A stretch of 37,756 nt of DNA from an uncultured virus (IMG/VR IMGVR_UViG_3300025000_000004) (taxonomy: Duplodnaviria > Heunggongvirae > Uroviricota > Caudoviricetes > Crassvirales), in IMG/VR virus record IMGVR_UViG_3300025000_000004, one strand, 5' to 3'. The translations under genes and the position numbers were made by a program. Below the pieces are notes generated by a model. It was not told the DNA's origin. It saw only the letters and a list, made by a program, of their open reading frames with translations, and did not search any database. Within the stretch, counting starts at the first letter, position 1. Each line of letters begins with the position of its first letter. Below, in pieces: positions 8,032 to 17,048 of the stretch.

Positions 8032-9190
8032 AACTCGCTACTGCTTTATTGATTTGTTCAAGTTCACTATCAAGTGTTTCATACCCTTTGAAAAAAGAGT
8101 TTATCCGTTTAACAACTTCAGGTATTATTTTGTCAAATTTTGCATTGTATTTGAATCTTTGAATTGACATTATTACCTCTTTGAGTATATTTTCAAGATC
8201 ATCTTTATCAAAATGGTCTGTTTCAAAGAAAGGATTTAAAATACCTTCTATGTTATCTTCAAAATAATCATAGTAGAATTTCAATTCTTCACTGTTTGCT
8301 TCGGATAGCGTCATAAGCAACTGATAGACACTCTTTGTTTCATTCAGATTTCCATTGACGGAGAGCAGATTCTTTGTAAGACATTCAACTTCTTCTGTAC
8401 TCAATACTTCAGCAGGATCAGGCGTTTTGTTTGAACTTACGAAATTGTCGCCAAAACCATAAAGTGATTGCTGTTGTCCAGCTCCCCTTCCTTTGTACTT
8501 TTTTTCTTTACTCTTTTGCTCTATCTTTTTAAGATCTGCAGCTTGCTTTTTCTTTTCTCTGATCTGATCAATACGATTGTAGAAGAAACGATTGTTGTAT
8601 TCAAGGGCGATCACCATATTTACTACGACCAGAGTATTCTGGGTTGTTTCTTCTTTGAATTTCTTCAGTTGTCCATGATCGTCAGTATAATGCATCTGAG
8701 AAACAAGTTTCCTTTCAGAAAGAAATGCAACTTTAGCTACATAATTTCCTGAGAAGTTGACGATAAGAGAAAGATAATAGTTATGTTTGTCAACATTGAC
8801 CATGAGTTCGTCTGTATCAGTTCCACTGAAGAACGCACTCATATCGTGATGACTGTGAACATGACCAATTTTCATTTCCATTGCTCCCTCAACATTGTCA
8901 TAGAGATCAACGATGTCACCATCTGTCTCATATTCTGTAAATGCTGCAGAACCAATATCCATAAGAAATATGTGCTTTACTTTAAGCACAAAATCAGACG
9001 GTTTTGATGGATTTCCACTTACAACTTCGTAAAGAAGAAGTCCTGACCATTCTGTTTTTCCAATTGAAGCATGAAGATACATTATCTGATTAATCATCTC
9101 CATAGGTAATATCAGTCTTCCTTTAGCTTCCATCTCATAGATAGGGTAGCTAACTTTTTTTACTGTCGGATTGCTCTTTTCTGTACTCAT
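8018..9190 (-). CDS. JAB/MPN+ metallopeptidase
   Basis: EWSG...HSH-x7-S-x2-D, an intact JAMM motif; C-terminal helical extension. Confidence 0.9.
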   Translation of the reverse strand: MSTEKSNPTVKKVSYPIYEMEAKGRLILPMEMINQIMYLHASIGKTEWSGLLLYEVVSGNPSKPSDFVLKVKHIFLMDIGSAAFTEYETDGDIVDLYDNVEGAMEMKIGHVHSHHDMSAFFSGTDTDELMVNVDKHNYYLSLIVNFSGNYVAKVAFLSERKLVSQMHYTDDHGQLKKFKEETTQNTLVVVNMVIALEYNNRFFYNRIDQIREKKKQAADLKKIEQKSKEKKYKGRGAGQQQSLYGFGDNFVSSNKTPDPAEVLSTEEVECLTKNLLSVNGNLNETKSVYQLLMTLSEANSEELKFYYDYFEDNIEGILNPFFETDHFDKDDLENILKEVIMSIQRFKYNAKFDKIIPEVVKRINSFFKGYETLDSELEQINKAVASYGKD

Positions 9191-10649
9191 TTTTTTGAAT
9201 TTCTTTATTTAATAATCTTACTATTGCATCTCCAAATCTTAAATATTCCATAGGATGAAGACTAAATAATGTGTTACGCAATAAATTTTGTTCTTCTTCA
9301 CTTGATATAATTTCTGCCGGAATAATCTTTCCGTTTATATAAGAAGGTATCAGTCTTTCTTTGCGTTTCTGAACTTCTTCATGAAGATTGTCAGTTTCTC
9401 CATTACCAACCATAGCAACTGTACCTGTCAGAGAATCATATGAATATTCATTCATTCGTATTCTGAATTCCTGATCTTCATTTATCATCTTTACAATCTT
9501 TTCTGTAAAAGATTTTGGATTAAATGTAAATCTGAAATGATTTTCTTTCTTCATGAGTATGAATTCTGATTTCAACTCTTCAAGATGTTCTGGTTGTAAT
9601 AAAAAGTGAATAAGTCTGTTTCTTCTTTGTGCACTACTAATATCAGGATCTAATCTTTTTGATCTATCAAATACTGAATTTTGCCGTACTGCATCACCAA
9701 AGACACTGATAGTTTCCATTTTCTTATGAGGACCACCTTCAAGACTTTCCCAGCGTATGAAATTTTCCACTGCTAACAATAATCCTTCAAGTTGAATAGA
9801 AGATGCTTTGTAACGACCATAATCGTCTTCTCCCATAGAATCATATCTCATTCCCATAAAAATACTATCATCATGTCCAAGACAAAATCCATTGAAGTTT
9901 CTTGAAGAATCTTTTGGAAGATGTGAATGAACATAATCAGATGCTATTTCAGAAAAAGAATAAGTTGGTCTTGTTCCGCATAGATATGGGGATAATAGGA
10001 AAGTATCTTTATCTTTCTTTATTCCAAACAGATAAGTGAACAGAGTTCCTATATAATGTGATTGTTCTATAGAATTCTTAACTATTACATCTTCATGTTT
10101 AACAATAATCACGAAATTAAAAGAACGTTCGGTTTCATCATAATAGAATAGAAGATCGTAATGATCTTCATCATAATAACTACCAATTAATTCTTTCATC
10201 TCTTCAGACGTTTCTTTTACAGTATTGAAGAAATTGATATAATAATTCTGTATGTTCAGTACCTTTTTCTCATTTTGAATTCCACTATATTTGACAACAA
10301 AATCTCTTGCTTGTGATTCAAAGAATTTCTTTTTGTCTACAACAAGAAATTTTCTATTCTGGTAACTGGTAACTTCTGTATCTCTTATATAACGAAAAAG
10401 ATAATCCGGTACTAACAAACATCCTTCATGAGCATCTCCTTTATAACGAGAAGGAACTGCAATTCTCATATTCTTGTCGATAAAAAACGGCTTCATCTGT
10501 CTTCTTAAGCTGTTTGAAGTAATATAAGCTCTGGTACAAGAATCATTTGGAATAATAAAAATATCATTATCTTCACTCTGATATTCAGCAAGTGTCATTG
10601 TTGGTGTAATTACTACATCTTCTTCTAAATGTGCTATATTTTCTTCCAT
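9150..10649 (-). CDS. Putative prokaryotic E2-like (UBC-fold) protein
   Basis: HSHL-x9-GFCLG (C256) resembles the E2 HPN...G.ICL site and is followed by an amphipathic helix; lies between Ubl-like and JAB genes. Confidence 0.6.
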   Translation of the reverse strand: MEENIAHLEEDVVITPTMTLAEYQSEDNDIFIIPNDSCTRAYITSNSLRRQMKPFFIDKNMRIAVPSRYKGDAHEGCLLVPDYLFRYIRDTEVTSYQNRKFLVVDKKKFFESQARDFVVKYSGIQNEKKVLNIQNYYINFFNTVKETSEEMKELIGSYYDEDHYDLLFYYDETERSFNFVIIVKHEDVIVKNSIEQSHYIGTLFTYLFGIKKDKDTFLLSPYLCGTRPTYSFSEIASDYVHSHLPKDSSRNFNGFCLGHDDSIFMGMRYDSMGEDDYGRYKASSIQLEGLLLAVENFIRWESLEGGPHKKMETISVFGDAVRQNSVFDRSKRLDPDISSAQRRNRLIHFLLQPEHLEELKSEFILMKKENHFRFTFNPKSFTEKIVKMINEDQEFRIRMNEYSYDSLTGTVAMVGNGETDNLHEEVQKRKERLIPSYINGKIIPAEIISSEEEQNLLRNTLFSLHPMEYLRFGDAIVRLLNKEIQKNEYRKEQSDSKKS

Positions 10650-10662
10650 ATCTGTTAAAATT

Positions 10663-10693
10663 AAAAAGGCGGGACTTTATTATCCCGCCTTTT
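10663..10693 (-). terminator. Intrinsic terminator after the Ubl-like gene
   Basis: AAAAGGCGGGA/TCCCGCCTTTT inverted repeat with T-tracts on both strands. Confidence 0.8.
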
Positions 10694-10714
10694 ATTAATT
10701 CTAAAATGATTATC

Positions 10715-11272
10715 TTACAGTTTCAGACAATTCTTGATCTCTGAAACTTCTTCTTCAAGGTCTTTTACAGATGTCTTAAAGACATATTCTGTTTTGTCGA
10801 CAGTCTTAGATTTTGTGCTTTCAATGATAGCGTCGATAGCTTCATTGATTTTTATCCTGCACTCTTCAATAACTGCGATCTGGTCAATTGCCTGTGCTGG
10901 AACTTCTCCGTAATAATTCTTCAGAATTGAACGAAGATCGTCAACTTTTCCGTCAAGGGAAAGTCCTGCGTTCTTAACCCTGTTCAGCATCGAGATATGA
11001 CTACGCAGATCATTATATGAACTGTTGTCAATATCAATTTTTGCTCCTGATTTTACCTTCTCAGGTACAAGGAACAGAACGAAATCTGTAGCTGGAAGAA
11101 CTGCATCGTCCATCTGCAGGGTATTCTTGGTTGATCTTTCAACGACCCTCATTCCATCCCATTTGACATCTTTGAGCTGTGCCTTAAGCTCACCAAATGT
11201 ACGTGCGTCTGATTCTATGTTGATCAGATCTTTCTGAGTCGTCAGCTTTAATGTTACATTTCTCTTACTCAT
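10715..11272 (-). CDS. Putative ubiquitin-like (beta-grasp) precursor with C-terminal extension
   Basis: Strand-strand-helix (TFGELKAQL)...LQMDDAVL...FVLFL-P-EKVKSG pattern ending at Gly76; context of E2/JAB/E1 genes. Confidence 0.6.
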   Translation of the reverse strand: MSKRNVTLKLTTQKDLINIESDARTFGELKAQLKDVKWDGMRVVERSTKNTLQMDDAVLPATDFVLFLVPEKVKSGAKIDIDNSSYNDLRSHISMLNRVKNAGLSLDGKVDDLRSILKNYYGEVPAQAIDQIAVIEECRIKINEAIDAIIESTKSKTVDKTEYVFKTSVKDLEEEVSEIKNCLKL

Positions 11273-11290
11273 GAGTAACTTTATTAATAA

Positions 11291-11761
11291 TTAAACAATT
11301 TGAATTGTGAAAACAAGTTTTCTTTGGTCATCATCTTTGACCCAGTGATAAGTTTTCCTACCACTCTCGATAACGTAATCAGGACTGTCATCATGAATTA
11401 CTCCGCATTCCTGTAAAGCATCCTCAAACCATTTGAGCCACAACCATAGATTTCCTACATCGGGAATCTTTGATCGTTTAACTTCATATATATCAAGAGA
11501 TATTGCTAACTTATGAGGCTTGTCTTTACCTACGTTGTCCTCAATTTGCTTGATTTGCATTGGAGTTATCTGCTCTTTTATGTACTTGGATAAGTACTCG
11601 TGAAAGTACTCGGTTACTTTTGATCTTACGGTATAATGCATACTTGCATTGTAAATCGACTGACCATTAACGGTCCACATTCTGGGATTACCAGTTTTTC
11701 TCGATTTCTTTGCAAGCATATATCTACCTTGGAACTCAGGAATTATCACGAAAATTTTCAT
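11291..11761 (-). CDS. RusA-like Holliday junction resolvase
   Basis: PDVGN...KWFEDAL..GVI.DD motif; start taken at ATG 11761. Confidence 0.8.
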   Translation of the reverse strand: MKIFVIIPEFQGRYMLAKKSRKTGNPRMWTVNGQSIYNASMHYTVRSKVTEYFHEYLSKYIKEQITPMQIKQIEDNVGKDKPHKLAISLDIYEVKRSKIPDVGNLWLWLKWFEDALQECGVIHDDSPDYVIESGRKTYHWVKDDDQRKLVFTIQIV

Positions 11762-12008
11762 GTTCTGTCCCTCCTTCATATGTGTTTGTTTCTGCCAAAC
11801 GGATTGTTCGCAATCCTTCTTTCTCATAATCACCTGTATCGGCTCTTTTTATGAACTTAGGAGGAACACTATACGTTTCGCATAATATGGCTTGAGCCAA
11901 TATCTCATTATGTGCTGCTATTACAACAACATTCGGTTTGAACTCACCATTTCGATCTTTCTTAACAAACGTACATATATATCGTTTCTTTTTTCTTTCA
12001 GGTAACAT
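11736..12008 (-). CDS. Hypothetical protein (90 aa)
   Basis: Overlaps the primase stop and the resolvase start. Confidence 0.65.
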   Translation of the reverse strand: MLPERKKKRYICTFVKKDRNGEFKPNVVVIAAHNEILAQAILCETYSVPPKFIKRADTGDYEKEGLRTIRLAETNTYEGGTEHENFRDNS

Positions 12009-13029
12009 TTCGTAAAAAGTTTGTTATTAGATCATCAAATTTAGTCAAACTATATTTCTTCACATAGTCTGAAGGATCTTTTGGTTCACCTTCAGGATTA
12101 TGTGTCATAGAAAGACTGAATTTTTCAGAAAAAGATTTTGCTCCTTTGATTCCACCTTCATCATTATCAAACCAGACATAAATGTGCTGCCATCTTGTTT
12201 TTAATTTATCCATTACGTGAGAAGGAATATAAGCTCCTTCATTATTTGGAGCAATTGCCCAGTAACCTAACAGATTAAAAATAAGAATATCCTTGTAACT
12301 CTTAGTTACAAAGAGAATTTTTCCACCTTTCTTTGGTAGAAGTGTCCATCCCTGTACGATGGTAGCATCAACGTTCGCTATGAATCTGGTTATTTTTGAT
12401 TGTGGAAAGTACAGTTTTCTTCTGAATATATCTTGATTCCAATAGTAATCAATCGAATAAGCAAGCATGAAAGGATTTACCCTGTAATAGGATATGTCTG
12501 TTTCATTTTTTATAAGCCTGTAATGACTGATACTCTTAATATTATGATATTCCAGAAGCTTTAAAGGTATTTTATATGAATTCCAATATACTCTGTCTTG
12601 TTTCGTCCAGTCTCTTGGTTGTATCTCAATGACTGTCGTTTTCTTTGCAAAATCTATTATCTCGGAATCGTCCGGTGTCTTCTCCGGGATAACCAGAGAA
12701 GAACACGCAGACTGATCCAAGCCACTATTACATCCGAGACCTAATCCAAAATCTGCATTTATTTTTTGTAATACTTGATTATAATCTAATTCAAACTTTC
12801 TTCCGATAAAGTCAAATACCCGATAACTTTTATCACCAAAATCCTTGTACAATAAATCTCCATCCCAATATATGATAACGCATGAAGGTTCTTTATCCTT
12901 GCGAAATTCACTGCTGAACTTTTTATTGAGTTCTTTGAAATTTCTGCAATATGTTCTGAATAGTTGATAGCTGTTTATCTTCTTCAGAATGTTCTCCTTC
13001 GTCAGAGATTTATCTCCTTGCGTAAACAT
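11998..13029 (-). CDS. DNA primase (TOPRIM, crAss-type)
   Basis: FRKDKEPS...YKDFG N-terminal domain; TKSYKD and FDNDEGG...KDPSDY TOPRIM motifs. Confidence 0.88.
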   Translation of the reverse strand: MFTQGDKSLTKENILKKINSYQLFRTYCRNFKELNKKFSSEFRKDKEPSCVIIYWDGDLLYKDFGDKSYRVFDFIGRKFELDYNQVLQKINADFGLGLGCNSGLDQSACSSLVIPEKTPDDSEIIDFAKKTTVIEIQPRDWTKQDRVYWNSYKIPLKLLEYHNIKSISHYRLIKNETDISYYRVNPFMLAYSIDYYWNQDIFRRKLYFPQSKITRFIANVDATIVQGWTLLPKKGGKILFVTKSYKDILIFNLLGYWAIAPNNEGAYIPSHVMDKLKTRWQHIYVWFDNDEGGIKGAKSFSEKFSLSMTHNPEGEPKDPSDYVKKYSLTKFDDLITNFLRNVT

Positions 13030-13039
13030 ATTTCAGTTA

Positions 13040-13801
13040 TTAAAATGGATCTGAATCGGCTTTGGTTTCTTGTGCATCAGCCATGACTGTCGGCTCTTTC
13101 CACTCTTGGAAAGTAAAACTGTTCTGGAAATCTTCTTTAGGAGGATATCCTGATTCAGTTTGTGATTTAATATGAGCTTCCCAGTAATTGGTTCTCTTGT
13201 TGGTAGCTCTGTCAAAATATCTTCCATAAACCGCCTGATATTTTCCATCTCTGACGGTAAGAAGAACTCTCACTTCATTTGTACCTGCTCCTGAAAGGAG
13301 AGATCTCAATTCGCTGTAATCGCCAAGAAACAGAGCATCAAACTTATCAAGTTTTGCTTCGTCATTTGGACTGATGTTCAGCCAGTTAATAAGAAAATTG
13401 TGAAGGTCGGCTTCTCCGACTTTAGCGGCTCTTGCTGTAGAAGCATCAAACCACTTCAAACCTGCTGGTGCTGCGTCAGGAGTACCCCATGCAGTACGAC
13501 CAAAATTATTTATCCATTCTGCTTTCGTACCATCTACATTTACTCTTGGTTTGTTTTCGAGGAAGAAAGCAAGCTTGGTTCTCATTGAATGCTCTTTATG
13601 AGCAAGATAAAAATCCAGTCTCAGTTTTTTTACTCCATCTTCGGTAGTTGCATACACTGGCTCTGCCTGTGGTTTGTAACCAAGAGCCTCTAACTGCATT
13701 TTGTTTGGATTTATTGCAACCACTTTCATGTTTGCAAGTCCGGTATACAATTTACCTTCCTGAACAACTTGTTTTTCTGATGAATTTGGATTAAAACTCA
13801 T
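13040..13801 (-). CDS. Putative ssDNA-binding or recombination protein
   Basis: Acidic tail ending DSDPF; lies between the AAA ATPase and the primase. Confidence 0.55.
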   Translation of the reverse strand: MSFNPNSSEKQVVQEGKLYTGLANMKVVAINPNKMQLEALGYKPQAEPVYATTEDGVKKLRLDFYLAHKEHSMRTKLAFFLENKPRVNVDGTKAEWINNFGRTAWGTPDAAPAGLKWFDASTARAAKVGEADLHNFLINWLNISPNDEAKLDKFDALFLGDYSELRSLLSGAGTNEVRVLLTVRDGKYQAVYGRYFDRATNKRTNYWEAHIKSQTESGYPPKEDFQNSFTFQEWKEPTVMADAQETKADSDPF

Positions 13802-13832
13802 GTTTTCGTTATTTAAAAGTTAGAAATATATA

Positions 13833-14054
13833 TTAGCCTTGATAGTATTCATCTATTTTCTTTATTACAAGAAGAAGATCATTCGGAATATTTAATTCCG
13901 AAAACATACCTTTTGGCGATTTGCTCGTTGTTGAGCCGTCATTCTGAGTTATAAATCTGTATTCGAGTTTTCCTGTTTGCTGATCCTTAACGATATCTGT
14001 AAATAATACTACTGTAAACAATCCTTCAAGTGTAACTTTCTCATCCAACATCTT
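13833..14054 (-). CDS. AAA ATPase (Sak4/AAA_24-like), exon 2
   Basis: KMLDEKVTLEGLFTVVLFT...SKSPKGMF continues exon 1 in frame; spliced product is 226 aa. Confidence 0.88.
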   Translation of the reverse strand, partial: KMLDEKVTLEGLFTVVLFTDIVKDQQTGKLEYRFITQNDGSTTSKSPKGMFSELNIPNDLLLVIKKIDEYYQG

Positions 14055-14075
14055 CATATTATCCCAATATTTCTA

Positions 14076-14774
14076 TTAGGTATCGACTATATCTTTATTT
14101 TTATATTTCCAGATAAAACCTTTATAGGTTTTTAATCTACCTGTACAAGCAGATGATATATTTCCTCTGAAATAACCTGTTTGTTTTGAAGCTTCTGTAA
14201 GTGTTAAAAACGTGTTAATTAACTTAAGATTAAGATCATATTGTTCTACTCCACCATTACTTTTTTTAATAATAGTTTCAATAGAATATTTCTTACCTAA
14301 GTTTATGTTTCTTAATTTCTCTCTAGTTGCTTCTGACAATACTTTTCCTTGATGTGATTTTGATATTTTATCAGACCATTTTGAATAGTCAATTTCACCT
14401 GAATCTATTCTTCTTTTTAATGACTGTCTTCTTTTTTCTATTGATTGTTTAGAAAAAAATTGGTTTTGATTTCCATCTCCACCTTCAGTCATATTTATAA
14501 GATTAAAATTCCAATGTTTAAATTGGTTGATCCAGTATTTTTCTAACCATTCCCAATCATCATCTGTTGTTTTATCAAGTAATTCAATAACAGGTTTTAA
14601 ATCTTGCTTCAATAAGGACATTATCCAACTGTTTTTATGACTTTTATTGTCTCCTTTTTTAGCTTCACTAATATGTGATGCAAGTCGATATTCAAGTTTT
14701 GAAACTGTTTTTCCTATATATCTTATTTCTAAGATAATAGGATGTGATAATGTATAGATTTTAATTGTTTTCAT
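14076..14774 (-). CDS. Intron-encoded GIY-YIG homing endonuclease with NUMOD3/NUMOD1-like DNA-binding modules
   Basis: KIY..RYIGKT, R...H, E..WI, N motifs; SEATREKLR and C-terminal HTH...YKGFIWKY. Confidence 0.9.
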   Translation of the reverse strand: MKTIKIYTLSHPIILEIRYIGKTVSKLEYRLASHISEAKKGDNKSHKNSWIMSLLKQDLKPVIELLDKTTDDDWEWLEKYWINQFKHWNFNLINMTEGGDGNQNQFFSKQSIEKRRQSLKRRIDSGEIDYSKWSDKISKSHQGKVLSEATREKLRNINLGKKYSIETIIKKSNGGVEQYDLNLKLINTFLTLTEASKQTGYFRGNISSACTGRLKTYKGFIWKYKNKDIVDT

Positions 14775-14778
14775 CTTA

Positions 14779-14810
14779 CAAATTTAATAAAACAATTGGT
14801 AAGATGCAAG
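14779..14810 (-). promoter_or_regulatory. Intron-internal promoter for the homing endonuclease
   Basis: CTTG-N20-TAAATTTG, 4 nt before the ATG. Confidence 0.7.
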
Positions 14811-15032
14811 ATTTTATATAAAAATACTCACTGTTTCCAAATATATTTCTATAAATGTACTCTCCTTCACGGAGATAGTCTGTGAACGTTCTCCATCCTA
14901 CAGGAGCTTCGCTGCTGATTGTCCAATCTGCATAATTTTTAAACATTCATAGTATAATTTCTCTACTATTGTAGTTTATGCAGCTCTAAGAATATTCCAG
15001 CAATTAAATGAGTTTAGGCAAGTTGTTTGTTC

Positions 15033-15491
15033 ACCAATTGTTTTGATTTTTCTTTTCGGAGGATAAGTATCTACCATATTCTCATCGTGACTCAGGATGA
15101 ATACCTTCATGTTTTCTCTCAAACTCTTAGCGGTATTAATAACATCCCATGCATGACGACCAATGTCGGTAAACTTCTGCCATCCCTGTTCTGCAGAACG
15201 ATTCATAAACTCTGAACTCATGAGATACTGAAAATCATCTATCACGATGGTTTTGATCTCAGGTCTCTTTTCAGAGATATGGTTCAGTGCTTTTACGATC
15301 TTTGCAGAATCATTGCTGACATAGAAATTTCCTCCTTCCAAAGTAAAGGGAAGGTAAGCCTGTTTCCAACCCCTGAAAGGAAGCGGTTTACCAACAATGT
15401 TGATAATAACCGTTTCCTTAGGGTTGAGGCTTTCAATGGAAGTTGATTTCCCAGTACCAGTTTGACCTACTACTGCAATAATTTCACTCAT
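15033..15491 (-). CDS. AAA ATPase (Sak4/AAA_24-like), exon 1
   Basis: Walker A GQTGTGKST, Walker B IVIDD, ILSH; ends KIKTIG at the splice site. Confidence 0.9.
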
Positions 15492-16075
15492 GTTTCTAAT
15501 TTAAAAAGTTCCAACTCCAATTTGCGTGACTGTAATAACCAATCACTTTTGAAAATGCCTTTGTTTGTCTTAATGTGAATCCATTTAATTATCTCTTCAT
15601 CTATTGGTTTATCTGCGATGATTAATTGACGCAACGTACTCCTGTAAAAGTTTCCGCTACCAATATTAAAGACGAAATGACCCATTGCTAAAAGCTGAAT
15701 ATGTTCAAGATCTGTCACTTTCTGGACATATGCGATTGCACTGTCCAAATCCTGACGTAATAATCTGTCTGCTTCAGCTTCAGTTAATGGCTGGTTAAAG
15801 AACTCACTTGTTTTAATAGCGTGTCCATATCCAATTGTTAGAATTCCACCGGGACAATAATACATACTGTCCATAAATCCCTCCTGACGTTTGATTGAGT
15901 TTACAACTGTCTCATACATCTCTCTCCATTCTAACATTTGAATAAACTCTTGTAATCCTTTCTCTCTCGTTTCTTCAGTTACTGCCATACACGGAGCTAA
16001 CAGAATATTCAAGTTAATGACAAAGAACGCAAGAGTAAACAGTACACGTTTCTTAACGTTTACTCTCATAAGCAT
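15488..16075 (-). CDS. GH24 lysozyme with N-terminal hydrophobic anchor
   Basis: EG-x7-CPGGILTIGYGH, FVFNIG.G.F..STL and R..E..LF motifs; basic then hydrophobic N-terminus. Confidence 0.88.
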   Translation of the reverse strand: MLMRVNVKKRVLFTLAFFVINLNILLAPCMAVTEETREKGLQEFIQMLEWREMYETVVNSIKRQEGFMDSMYYCPGGILTIGYGHAIKTSEFFNQPLTEAEADRLLRQDLDSAIAYVQKVTDLEHIQLLAMGHFVFNIGSGNFYRSTLRQLIIADKPIDEEIIKWIHIKTNKGIFKSDWLLQSRKLELELFKLET

Positions 16076-16094
16076 TTTGTTTAGTTAATACTGA

Positions 16095-17048
16095 TCAATC
16101 AAAGTCTCTGACCTGATTGATATGTAGGAGATTTCTCATTTTTCCAACGAAGGGGTCTCCATCCCTTGTTTTGATATAGTGCCAATAAATTAAACCCTCT
16201 ACTGGTAAATCCAACTGTCCATATGTTTTAATGTTCAACATTTCAGGACGATGGGTAATCATAAATACATCTGAATATTGGTATAATGCATCTGCTCCAA
16301 AAACATCTGATTTCTGAGGGTAGTGTAAGTTTTTATTCTGGATTCGTTCTACGTTTTCTATATTCCTGTTAAGCTGGCTTACGATAACATATGATGATTT
16401 AATCTTCTTCTTCATTTCATTGAACATTGCAGCAAGCTCGTAAAGAGTTTCAAGCTGATTCTGCTCACCAAGCTTCTTTACCAATATACTATGGTCAAGA
16501 GTTACTAAGATACCTCTGTCGAGGTTCTCAGGCATTTGCATGGCAAAATGTTCAATAGTATTTTTGATTTCCTGCACTGTTCCCGGTATATCTACATACC
16601 ATACTGGTGCATCAATAATCTGCTTTGTATAATCTACTGCCTTTGCATATTCCTCTGCAGTCATGTTTCTTTCTTTCTGGATAAGATCTGCACTGTAGAG
16701 TTGTTTAACTGTTTTATTAAGACCTTTTGATATCTTTCTACCAACAAGTCTTCTTGCCACCATCTCAAAGTTAAATGAGAGGACAGCGAATTTTTCATTA
16801 GGATTCAATTGAAATAATCCTGTTTCCAATTCATTAAGAATAGCAGTCTTTCCACTACCACTCATACCTGCAATTGTAATGATACTTCCCCATTCTACAC
16901 CATCCATTCCTGCTTTATTAAAACTCGACCAAGGGGTTTTAAGTGATTTGATGTGACCATCCAATCTTCCTTTGATGTATTTTAATTCTTGTCTTGCAGC
17001 GTCTTTGATTGGTATGAAAGGTAAAACTTTACATGATTGTTCCGCCAT
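16095..17048 (-). CDS. DnaB-like (SF4) replicative helicase, ATPase domain only
   Basis: GMSGSGKT, FNFEM, LDH, SQLNR and KTRDG motifs. Confidence 0.9.
   Translation of the reverse strand: MAEQSCKVLPFIPIKDAARQELKYIKGRLDGHIKSLKTPWSSFNKAGMDGVEWGSIITIAGMSGSGKTAILNELETGLFQLNPNEKFAVLSFNFEMVARRLVGRKISKGLNKTVKQLYSADLIQKERNMTAEEYAKAVDYTKQIIDAPVWYVDIPGTVQEIKNTIEHFAMQMPENLDRGILVTLDHSILVKKLGEQNQLETLYELAAMFNEMKKKIKSSYVIVSQLNRNIENVERIQNKNLHYPQKSDVFGADALYQYSDVFMITHRPEMLNIKTYGQLDLPVEGLIYWHYIKTRDGDPFVGKMRNLLHINQVRDFD

Larger units (their letters stand above)
14055..15032 (-). mobile_element. Group I intron (IA-like, 978 nt) in the AAA ATPase gene
   Basis: 5' exon ends in U and pairs with a GCC guide; terminal G; P AATTGCTGGAA, Q AATCAGCAG, R CACAGACTA and S AAGATATAGTC elements. 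Confidence 0.9.

Noticed and set aside
13033..13248. 71-aa minus-strand ORF
   Set aside because: Alternative frame almost wholly inside the 253-aa gene
14976..15032. C-terminal tail EQTTCLNSFNCWNILRAA of the ATPase ORF
   Set aside because: Read-through into intron sequence; removed by splicing
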